Shown one piece after another: positions 39,901-51,399 of a stretch of 64,000 nt of DNA. The notes below the pieces were generated by a model. It did not search any database and had not been told where the DNA came from. It worked only from the letters and a program-made list of their open reading frames with translations. How positions within the stretch are numbered: position 1 is the stretch's first letter; each line of letters begins with the position of its first letter. The position numbers were made by a program, and so were the translations under genes. Source of the DNA: Ruditapes philippinarum (Eukaryota); assembly GCF_026571515.1 (NCBI RefSeq), contig NW_026865113.1, positions 62,001 to 126,000 on the forward strand, written 5' to 3'.

Positions 39901-40629
39901 TTTCAAGGATACTGGCTGGACACTTCATTCTAACAGCCAACATTGGTTTAATAATCATTCTTGTAGCCAAAATTGCAATACCGTCCGTATCTTTTATCCG
40001 TCCCAGGAGACCGAATACATCTCCAATATCCTTCATGTCACATTCTGGTATCTCAAAATAATCTGAAATTAAATCATTTCATTTTAATATGTTTACTGGT
40101 GCTGTATGGCACTTATTCATAGATAAGTAATCATATCAACTCATGGTTAAAAACTGAAAAACTTTTGTTATACCGGGTATTTAATAGGAATCTAAGTTAA
40201 TTAAGCCGAACAAATGATACTAGTTTCAGTAATATTACTTGCATGTATTGTTTCATCTAAAAAATACGTTAAATGTTCTCTTAGATTTGATAATAAGTAT
40301 GCTGTGAAAATTCTACCAAGACAAGTGAGTATCAAAATACAAGTACATTTCTAAAACATACCCACAATGTCATCAACTGATATCTGAAGCCCCATTCCAG
40401 ATTCGCAATGATTACGAATCATGTCTGTAAGAAAATGGCTTCCGGGGAACAAGAACGCCTCATCGTACCCATATATTTCCTTTTCCGGTACAGATGTCGT
40501 GGTTTCAACATATGTATCAGGTGTGGTACGTTGTTGAGTTGTTTCCTGTCTTTTGGCTTCCGGCGGAATTCCGTGTCTTTTAGATTCTGCCGCCTCCTGC
40601 GTCCTCAAGTAGTCCATCAATTTGCGCAT
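36877..40629 (-). CDS. Uncharacterised, probably alpha-helical protein (~382 aa, 7 coding exons; may extend 5')
   Basis: Exons 40629-40362, 40062-39889, 39499-39302, 39059-38873, 38042-37804, 37362-37310, 36906-36877. All GT-AG, phases match, 1149 nt with no internal stop. No domain recognised. Confidence 0.78.
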
Positions 40630-42112
40630 ATTCAAATGATTTCCTTTAAAAATAAGGAAACACGATAAACAATTTAATGAAATTTCAAAAATTCTAAGCA
40701 TTCATTTTTTTATATTAGGTATCAAAATGTGCGTTGCCAAATGCATCTGCGGACCGTTTAACAACGCGCTACGTTTTGCTCTTTTTTTTAACTTGGATCA
40801 CAATTTTCAGAGAAAATGTGCACCGATATCTGTATTTGTATATAAATTATACATGTGCATTATTTGGACACATGAACTGTATATATCGCGCAATGCATGT
40901 GTAAATAATTATATTCTGTAAAAAAAGAGAAAGTAAATGTTCGATAAAACGAACTCCGTCTAAAATTCCGTCATTCAAAATCACTTGATGAACGACCAAA
41001 CTTGCTGCTCTCAAAGCATTGATGTGCATTTTTCCCTACATGATTTACTATACATTTATAAACAGCAGTGATAACTTTTTTCTCTTATTAGACATACATG
41101 TACAATTATCACCAAATAAGTTCAAGTATAATAACGTACCTCTACACATTGCGACTACAATCAACATAATTAATAAAGTCCTCATGTTTGTCGTGTATGC
41201 TCTTTACTCCAAATGTAAGAACCGCTTACAAAGTCAGTATAAATTTGTTAAATTTCAGGTTTTATATATATAGCAAATGAAAATGAGGCCCTAAAAGAAA
41301 TTAAGGTATTTGACATAAGGCACTGCTGGATTTTCTATTAGACTTGTACTGCTTTGAATCAGTCACAATTTATCAGGAAAGTTAAGTCATAACAAAATAC
41401 TAGTACATGTACTAAAATAAAGTAGAGAGTCGGGTCATGTTCCGTAGATATGCAGACTGGTCTAGCTCTATATTTCTAACATAGAAAGTCTTTTACATGT
41501 GCCACAAACGCCTATTGTCCTAAGGTATATTGACAAAAAGGTTGTCTGCCAAAGCCAATATTCGAATATCTAAGTGATATTCAAGATTTATTAAGTAAGC
41601 CATAAACATAATTGGGCATACTGATCGCCATAAACAACGTGGTCTATACAAAAAGAAAGTAAGAATGTAAATTAAATGACGAGAATATCTGTTGGTCATA
41701 TCTAGTTCTTTAGTTCGGACCCTGGAAATGATTTGCGTAATAATTCACTTCATGTATGTTCACATATTAATGGTAACTTGAGAGAGAGAAAAGAACATGT
41801 CAGTTTCGGTATAGAATATAGAAACACTGGTAAGCGCCAGTAGAGGTCTAAAATAAAGCTGCAATTTTCCAAATACGGGCCTCCCAAGTTACATGTCTAC
41901 TTCTCACTCGATTACTCGTGCAGTTCTAGGAAAATTGTAAGCTCTAACTTTCCGTAAATACGATACATGAATTAAAGGTTGTCGTCCGTTTTAAAACAGA
42001 TCGGATGTTGAGAAAATTACAATGTAGATCAAAAATTTTCAAGATCAGTTATTTTCTATATGTGCACATATGAGATGATTTAAGGTCCTATTTAAATTCA
42101 TGGTAAATTGTC

Positions 42113-42320
42113 GGTTTTTTTACGTCGCGCCAACACAGTAGAGGTCATTATGTTGAATTTCCAGACCTCAGGTGCCCCTGTGTGCGTTCTTTCTGGCACA
42201 AACTGGCACCTGAGTAGAACCTAGAACCACCGACGTTCTGTAAGCTATATAGCTGGATAGTTTTCTCACATGAAGACGTTTGCGCGACTCGAACCTACAA
42301 CTCGGCCACGAACGCCGCTA
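42113..42320 (-). mobile_element. tRNA-derived SINE fragment (related pieces at ~44770-44950 and ~52140-52220)
   Basis: Minus-strand B-box GGTTCGAGTCGC. Shared body words CGCCAACACA..GGTCAT, AGCTTTACTGGTG, TATTTCAGGCA and GTAGAAC..CCGA among the three loci. Confidence 0.65.
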
Positions 42321-45304
42321 GGTAAATTGTCTAATTATGGAAGTTCATCAGCACTTTTTATTTTGACCCACATTGAGAATGGGGAGGCTATATATCCTAG
42401 ACAAGACCGTTTGGTCTAAACAAGAAGTATATTTAAAGTTCATTACGTTTTCCTTAGTTTATTAAAAAACAAATTTAACTTCCGAAATATACAGCAGAGT
42501 CTAATCGAAGGGTTTGCCAACTGGACTGTTTATCAAAGTTCCTATTCATATAGAAATCGTGGAAATGTGGAGTATCCAAGGGTTTGCCAATTGGGATGTA
42601 CATGTATATCAAAGTTACCATTCATATGAAAATGTGGAGTATCACGTTCTTTGAATGAGTCACATAGGAGGAAATCGAGAAGGGCTTCTTATTTGTAAGG
42701 ACACCAAATATTGTCCTAGCTAAACATTTGCTTTGAAGAATATGAAGTAAAATTTATAGGCTTATCACCCATTATAAAGTACACAAAATCAAAAATAAGG
42801 CACACACCTTTAAAGTATATAGATTGAAATTTCATCGACACGAAAAACCCGTGCAAACTTCTGATCTTAAATACAATAATTTTATTACGAGAAAAGCATT
42901 GATGCAAAGCATCAAAGGGCGTCCAAGCAAGAAATGCAGCAAGTGAAGATGAACTAGTAGACATATGATGACAAGATATTCTTATAATCTTTTCAATGGT
43001 TTTTACCAAAATTGTATATCACTTATGAATGAGCGGACGAAAGACATTGTTCATTATGAACTTTGATTGGCATGCTAGAGATTAGAATATTACTTGTTAT
43101 TTCTTTATGACCGTGGTTATTAATAGCAACGGATTTTGTGTGTTTGCGTTTGTTTACCCTCGCCACTGGAAAGAGACCATATGGGCGAGCAACGGATATA
43201 CATGTAAATAATCATTTACAATCCATATGTGTAACGCATGATCAACACCACACTTGTGTAATTGTCCCTTATTATGTTATCGCTATTAGCGAAGACCCCC
43301 TCTAAAAGTATCTATTCACACTTAGTAAAAATATGACACTGGTTATATTACCATGTTGATCATGTTAAGCATAATTGTTTATTATACAATAAATGTAATA
43401 TATATTAATTTTGATAAAAAATTACAGATTTTATGAATATTGTTTTCTTTTCTTTTTTGTGTTGTAAGCGCTTTTTTATGTTTACTTACTTTTTTTAATT
43501 TAAATTGTAAAATAATTTTTAAGAATTCAATTGTCATATTGACCGACGATTATAAGTCAAAATTTAACTGGAAAAAGTCAGTAAATAATGGTTAATCTTT
43601 CAATATATAATATTGTTTATTCTTATATTCTTAAACCATGTACATTTGTTTTTTTCTTTATCATTTTTTAATTATCAACCAATTGAATAATTCATAAAAT
43701 CTAATTTGTAACTTTGAATAATTCCTCGGCATCTTTACTAACCACGAATAACAAATTAAATAAAATGTTTCAAAGTTGATAGTGTCGTATTATTACCATA
43801 AAAATGTACCCTTTTCTCAATTATTGTACATATTTATTGTTTTTATCTCATATAGATAAAATGAAACATGTATTGTTGTTGTTCTTGTTGTTTTTGTTTT
43901 TTTCGAATTGTATGTTTATGTATAATAAAAATCATTAAATTTGATCTGTGTTCATGAATTATTGTAACCAAATTAACTGACAAACATTCATTTTGGAAAA
44001 GAGCTTATTTATCTGTAAAATATTTGTTTTGTTCTGTAACTATATCAAACATCTACTCCAAAACCGGGAGAGACCGGACAATAAACGGTCACTAGTAAAT
44101 CCCGGTCAAAATAGACCGGGAGAGACCGGGAATTACCGATAGGAGCACATATCCCTCTATAAATAGATTTTCGGAATATTTAGGTCATCAACTCATCATT
44201 CTATTTACAGCTTTCGGATAAATGTACAACAATAACATTCCATAATAACCCACTGTGTAAATAAAAAAACCCGAAGAGCGCGATTTATTGACGGAAAAGG
44301 TTATTTCATTTGAAAATTTTTGCAAGTTCGCTATTCATTGTACCACGGATTAATTAATAATCAAGCACCTTCATACCGTTCGGAATGATCGGCTTTTATT
44401 ATGACCGACTTAAAGGCTCGAGAAGTTGCTGTCGCCCTTTCACAAAATCTGATTTCATTCCATAAAGGGGCGCCGCGCTTCAGCGCGGACGCCAATAATT
44501 AACCTAATACATATATATGAAACTTGTAAAATCTTATATGAAACAAAGTTGGACAAGGTTCTACAGAAAACCTTAGTGTAAATAAAGTTTTTACATATTT
44601 TTAGCTTTTCCAGTTACGTATATTCTTATAAACTTTAACTCGTGGTGATTATTTTTCACCATTTTTTGTGGAACGAATTGTCTTGATGAGCTTGCTCTAA
44701 TGCTTGCTTATTGCTTATTTACGGATCCGTCTTTGTGCTAAATAGAATTTGATTGAAGACACACAGACAGTTAAAGTCATATGCCGACAGTCAAGCTTTA
44801 CTGGTGGGGGAACTCTCCAGCTAGTTGTCCCCCTCTCTATTATTTCAGGCATAAGTGAGGGCCGTCGTAGAACGACCGATATTCTGTAATTTCTTGCTCA
44901 TGAAGAAGAAATTTTTAATGTAAATGGCAGGATTCAAACTCACTGTGGCGAAAGATAGAAGTATATTATGTAATTCAGTCGTAAAACCTTGTTTAGACCA
45001 TTTTATTCTTAAAAAGGTTCATTGGGAAAAATAGTGTTTAAAATGTCTGCTGTTTGTGTTGTTTTTTTGTTGTTTTTTTTGTTTTTTTTGTTCTTTTTTT
45101 TTCGGGGGGGGGGGGGGGCTTAAATTCACGGCGACATATATTAGTATCGTCATGTGGCATCTCTCTAGCTACTAGTACTATAATGTTAACGTTTTGATAA
45201 AACTCAGATACCCATAGGCTCTTGTTACTGGGTCGGGTGGGGGCTGTGTTCATTGAACGCCACCTTTCCTTGTTGATCTTGTTTATCATATTTTTTTCTT
45301 CATT

Positions 45305-45544
45305 CAGAAACCACGGAAAGAAATATAAGACCAGGGCGGCTTTGATATCTGCTGTTACACAGTACCTAAAACATAGGTCTACGTCATGGTTCACAGCGGG
45401 AATACAAAATCTCCCACGAAGATGGCAAAAGTGCGTAGGCGTAGGTGGAGAATATTTTGAAAAAGAGTAGAAAGATTTTTTTTAAAATGTTGAATGGTTT
45501 TCGAGAACGAGTCAAAAGTCCGGATATTTTCTGACTTCCCCTCG
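45305..45544 (+). mobile_element. Mariner-like transposon 3' remnant
   Basis: WFTAGIQNLPRRWQKCVGVGGEYFEKE* (mariner C-terminus) followed by a TIR ending ...CCCCTCG|TA. Confidence 0.85.
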
Positions 45545-46260
45545 TAGTGTCAAGCTTTATTTGGCTTCATTAATATTTACTTTATTTCGTCACTATACCT
45601 GTCCATTTTTACGAACGCGGTTCTATGAAGCGCTATGAAAAATAGAAGGCTGATATGAACGGACTTTTGATATATCATCAACTTTTGTTCTTCTATGAAA
45701 ATATACACTAAGAATTTTTTAAGAAATACAGCGTTTTCATTGAATGACAAATAAAGCTTGACACTAATATTATTTATTTCAGTTTCTTTATTTGGTTCTA
45801 CACATCCTCTTATGTCTGGTAAACATAACTTTTCTATTATATAGAAAATCAATTAATCAGAAAAAAAATGCGCCGTACGTCATCACTGATATTTTGTGCG
45901 CCATACGTTATCATTTCCAGAAAATGCCCCGATATTAATATTTTCAGCAGTTATTCTAGACAGAATGGGTATGAATGCTTAGATAACGACATATTAATTT
46001 TTTTTAAAGTCAGTGGTTTCAGTTAATATACATATATGTAAACGAAACAGTGAATTTTAGAGAAGAAGCCGTACGTTACCACGATCAAACCGGTGGAAAA
46101 TTCTCTCGCTTCGAATCCGGTGACGCGCATTTCAGATGAAGTACGGGACGAAACATCGTGAAATAAAATCCTGTGTGCCCGGAAAATTGTGGAGAAGGTT
46201 ATTATATGTACCTTTACATTAGAACATCACGAATTTCAAGGAAAAAAGGGAAAAACCTAC

Positions 46261-46285
46261 TTTTTGGCTGCATCCGCCATCTTGT
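46261..46285 (-). promoter_or_regulatory. YY1-like initiator / possible first coding exon (MADAAK) in a CpG-rich patch
   Basis: AAGATGGCGG followed by donor AA|GTAGGT at 46260; could be exon 1 of the 36877-40629 gene. Confidence 0.35.
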
Positions 46286-46680
46286 TTGTTTGGGTAACGA
46301 ACGGCGTGATTCTCCCCCGTGAGGTAGGCAAGTGACATTTACAAAAATTCTGGTGATATAGAAAATTGAAATAAACTGATTAAATGGGATTTAAGTAGTT
46401 TTTATGAGGTAACGCCGATGTACGTGAATAGTGCTTCGCGGTAACGCCGGAAAAGGTGTTTTTATATGGTACTGTATCGGCGAGTATCAGAATTTTTCAA
46501 ATATATATTTTGTGGGGAAACTTTAATTCATTTTATACAGAATTTATTTTAGTTTGATTGCGTAGAAAAAAGACCAGTCTCGAATTCGTCCCTGAAACCA
46601 CAGAGCTATAAGCTTCCTTATATAAATGTATAAGTCTTTGTTGAAGTTAGTACCAAGCAATGCGTGAAAATTTCATTACG

Positions 46681-46840
46681 TATAGGATATCGACCGAGTA
46701 CGAGGTCTTTTTGTTTAGGAAAGACCTGGTCACGAATTTCATGTGACACCGAGAGCGCGAAGCGCTCGAGGTGTTTCATGAAATTCGTGACCAGGTCTTT
46801 CCTAAACAGAAAGATCGATGTACGAGGCCGATATCCAACT
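46681..46840. mobile_element. Palindromic fold-back MITE-like element
   Basis: Perfect 32-bp arms 46712-46743 / 46777-46808, outer GGATATCG/CGATATCC, central GAGCGC-GAA-GCGCTC hairpin. Confidence 0.8.
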
Positions 46841-47240
46841 TACACACCGTAAAACTTGATTGGCTTGAGCAATAGCTGATATATAATGCACAAATATTAT
46901 TATTAACAAAGCGCATATACAGGTAAGCTTTTATCAACGTTTTGCTTAAATACAATATATATTTTGCATTTAACTTTGCTTTTCCCTTTAAAATAATAAT
47001 CAAAAAAAGCTAAATGTGCAATATGCCAATAAAAAGTGAATAGGTCTGTAATGGAAGGTATGTTAAAGAATGAATAATTATGTTGATATTATTTCGTATC
47101 AGACATCGCGGAATCTAAGACATTTGCCCCGGACAGTTGCCCGCTGCACGTTTGCTGTTGCAACTTGTCACTTGTCAGACAGCATCTCGTGATGCTCATT
47201 TGATTTTCACAAATTTGCGCGAGAGTTTTTGTGAATTTAA

Positions 47241-47567
47241 AGCAGCACGCCTTAAGATTCATGTTAATTTTCATTAAAAATTTGGAAATGTATTTAAAAG
47301 TAAAATATTGTAAGGTGAACAAATAAGTAATTTGCATATTGCAATCGGCACTTACAATCCAAGAAAATAACCATAAAGTCGTCAACATATGCGAATGAAG
47401 CCCTTACTGCGTTAGTAACGCAGTAGAAATATGGTAATAAAATACCGCACATAACATGAAAAATATAGCTTGGACCTCGAATGTTTTTACCTTTCTTAAA
47501 ATCTTAGTACTTTATTCTCAATATTGATTTTCTTGAAATATTTTGGCTCATCTGGAGGCGTGCAGCT
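47241..47567. mobile_element. Kolobok-type MITE (TTAA TSD)
   Basis: TTAA|AGCAGCACGCC...GGCGTGCAGCT|TTAA; related copy at 62837-63163 and fragments near 21490-21700 and 54055-54100. Confidence 0.75.
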
Positions 47568-50065
47568 TTAAGGCAAAGAATTTTGGTAGCAAACAATTCA
47601 ACAATTAAATATTTTAACATTTTTAAAACAGGGAGGGGGGGCAAATGTCCACTCCTTCCAAAGATATGAGGGGGGAAACGACAGCCACTGCAAAAAGGGG
47701 GATACTTCCGAGGGGACAACTGTCCGAAGGGCAATGTTCGGACCACGAAAGGCTTACATATGTATATTGTTGGCAAGTGTGAGATACATGAACCGAAACT
47801 ATATTTTAAATAGCAGATTATCTAGTGTTCTATAATAAAATATGATCGTTCATCATAAAAAATTAATACTAAATCACTTATAACTTTATCAACATTTCTT
47901 TTTCAAGAATTTTTTAATGATATCCGAATAACACATTTCTATCGATATTTGAAATACTGATGGAAGATGTGCCCATCGTAGACCAATCCACTTTAAGTAC
48001 TTAAATTGTATATGCATTGTCACTATGAGCAAGGTTTGGATTCTATCAATACAAAATTCCTTTAACGTTGTTGTGTAGCATTCTTTGAGCCCTGGTTTCG
48101 AAGGTTTTCAGGGGAAATCAGTTTTGATTTTTCTCCGGTTAAATAGAAAAACAGGATAATTAAGCCTAACTCAAAGAGAGGGGGGCAGGGGTTAACGGGG
48201 ATTTAACAATCTGATTGGTCCCGCGGGTGGGGATGCAACCAGGGACTTTTCTGTGGGTAGCTGCGGTTTCTAATGTTAAGCGTATATGAAATGGTGAAAA
48301 ATTGTGAAACGGATATATTTTTCGTATATTTTTTTCGATATGAATTTTTGGTACAATTTTTATGTACTGTGAATTTTCTAGAACGTTAAAATTGTTATGA
48401 ATTAGGTGATTTAAACTCATAATAAGTATGCTGTGATTACTGGTATAGTTTCATATGAATGAACTTGAAGCGTCCATTTTTGTTGTATTGTGAACTTTAT
48501 GACAGAAGAATATTTATATACGCGATTAAATTAATGTTAAATGTGTCTAACTTTGATATGCTATCCATTATTTTTATTCAAAGATTTAATAAAGGGATGC
48601 TGGAATAATTGCTAAGTACATTCAATAAACATTATCTTGTTTCAAAAACGTATCCCGAATTTGTAAGAACAGGAACATGATGACAATGATTTACATTTTA
48701 TTTCATTTTTTAATTTTTGATTGCGTTTCATGTTTTCTTTGTCTGCGCATAGGCAGGTCTATTTTTCACGTGTTTTTCATGACCGAGTCTGTCTGACTAG
48801 AACAGACCTGTGCACTTGCAAAAGATAGACCTCATAACGGACTTTCTTTTGTTTAAACAGGTCTATCCGAAAAATATAGACCTGTCACAAACAATAGAGG
48901 AGGTGTGTAATCAAGGGAACAACGGGGTAGCAACGGGGATACCTTTTAAGATGGTAGTTATGAAAATGGGCTTTGTTAAATTATTAGCTCGACTATACGA
49001 AGTATATGGCGAGCTGTCCTACTCGCCTCGGCGTCGGCGTCGGCATCCAGATTTCAGATTAAAGTTTTGGTGCAGTAAAGTATTTTTCACTATAACTTTG
49101 TCATTTCTTAAGGTATCAACTTCAAACTTCAAATATATGTCATCCTAATCATCAACCACATCTTATATGACAAGGTTCATAACTCTAGCACCAATATTTT
49201 CAGATTTATCTCCCCTTGAATTTAGAATTTTCCTTAAAAAAATACTTTTTTTACTGTTACATCTTTATTTCTTAAGGGATAAACTTCATACTTCAAACAT
49301 ATGTTCCTTATCATCAACCACATCTTATGTGACAAGGTTCATAACTCTAGCACCAACATTTTCATATTTATCTCCCCTTGAACTTAGAATTTTCCTTTAA
49401 AAAGTCTATTTTTTACTGTTACAGGGATCAACTTCATACTTCAAATATATGTACCTTATCATCAACCACATCTTATGTGACAAGGTTCATAACTCTAGCA
49501 CCAATATTTTCAGATTTATCCGCCCTTGAACTTAGAATTTTCCTTAAAAAAATATTATGTTTGCTGTTACTTATTTATTCTAAAGGGATCAACTTCATAC
49601 TTCAAAAATATGTACCTTATAATAAACCACATGTTATGTGACAATATTCATAACTCTAGCACCAATATTGCAAGAATTATCTCCCCATAAACTTAGATTA
49701 TTTTACTTGAAAACTGTTATTTTTTACTATAACTTTTTTAGTTTTAAAGGTATCTACCTCAAACTTCAAATACTTATTGCTTATCATCAATTTCATTTTA
49801 TGTGACAAGGTTCATAACTCTTGAAGCAATATTTATATTTCTTTTACTTTAGGATTTTCTTTAAGAAATATTATAACTTCTTTACTTTCTAAGGAATCTA
49901 CTTCAAACTTCAAATATATATTTATTATCATTACACACATGTTGTGTGACAAGGTTCATAACTCTAGTGTGACTATTTCCAGAATTATTCCCTTTGATCT
50001 TAGAATTTATGTTAACAATGTTATTTTTTTACTATAATTTAATACATAATTATACATAATTGATT

Positions 50066-51399
50066 TTTTGTGCCCCCACTGTAGGGGGCATTTAGATTTA
50101 CCCTTGTCCGTCCGTCCATCCGTCCGTCCGTTCTTCCGTCCGTTCTCTTTTTGTGTCGCACGTAGTTTAAAAAGAAATTGACCTAGAGTCATGAAACCTT
50201 ACAGGAATGTTGATCAGCATGTGAAGTTGTGCACCTGGGTATTTTCATGTGGATACATTTTGCATTTTAGAGTTATTGCCCTTGACTTAGTGAAAAAATT
50301 GCAATTTTTAAATTATGTCGCACGTAACTAAAAAAGTATTTGACCTAGAGTCATGAAACCTCACTGGAATGTTGATCAGTATGTGTAGTTGTGCACCTGG
50401 GTATTTTTGTGTGGATATATTTAGTATTTTTAGAGTTATTGCCCTTGAATTAGTAAAAATTTCCAATTTTCAACTTGTGTCGCACGTAACTAAAAAACAT
50501 CGTCGGATACCCACGGCCGAACCATTAACATTGATCATCGTCGGATACCCACGATTTATAAACATGTTACATAACATGCAATCAATGTTAAATGATAAAT
50601 GTTAATGGTTCGGCCGTGGGTATTCGACGCATGTTATGTAACATGTTTATCAATCGTGGATATCCGACGATGCTAAAAAAGTATTTGACATACAGTCATG
50701 AAAACTTACAAAAATGTTGATCAGCATGTGAAGATGTGCACCTGGGTATTTTCATGTGAATATTTTTAGTATTTTCAGAGTTATTGCCCTTGACTTAGTA
50801 AACATTTGCATTTTTCAACTTGTGTCTCACGTAACTCAAATAATATTTGACCTAGAGTACGTCATGAAACCTTACAGAAATTTTGATCAGCGTGTTTAGT
50901 TGTACACCTGGGTATTTTTGTGTGGATATATTTAGTATTTTTAGAGTTATTGCCCTTGAATTAGTAAAAATTACCAATTTTCAACTTGTGTCGCACGTAA
51001 CTAAAAAAGTATTTGACCTAGAGTCATGAAACCTTACAGGAATGTTGCTCAGCATGTGTAGTTGTGCACCTGGGTATTTTCGTGTGGATAATTTTAATAT
51101 TTTTAGAGTTTTTGCCCTTGACTTAGTAAAAATTTACAATATTCAACTTGTGTTGCACGTAACTCAAAAAGTATTTGACCTGTAGTTTACAAGAATGTTG
51201 GTAAGCATGTGTACTTTTGCAATTTGGGGTTTTCTTGTGGATTTATTCAGTATTTGTAGTATTTGCCCTTTACTTAATAAAAGATTTTTAGTTTTCAACT
51301 TGGACGCATGTAGCCAAAAAAATATTTGACCTACAGACATAAGATTGACAAATCGGTGGAGTGTGGGGGCACCCGTGTCCTATGGACACATTTCTAGTT
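50066..51399 (+). mobile_element. Second HINE nested in the first, ~162-bp tandem units
   Basis: TGCCCCC / GGGGGCA subterminal IR, (GTCC)n microsatellite, 3' hairpin TGTCC-TAT-GGACA then CTAGTT; units GACCTAGAGTCATGAAACC at ~50180, 50342, 50687, 50849, 51016, 51177. Confidence 0.85.
50498..50672. mobile_element. 175-bp MITE with 8-bp TSD (P/hAT-type) nested in the inner HINE
   Basis: TIR CATCGTCGGATA / TATCCGACGATG; TSD CTAAAAAA at 50490-50497 and 50673-50680. Removing 183 bp restores the 162-bp period. Confidence 0.88.
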
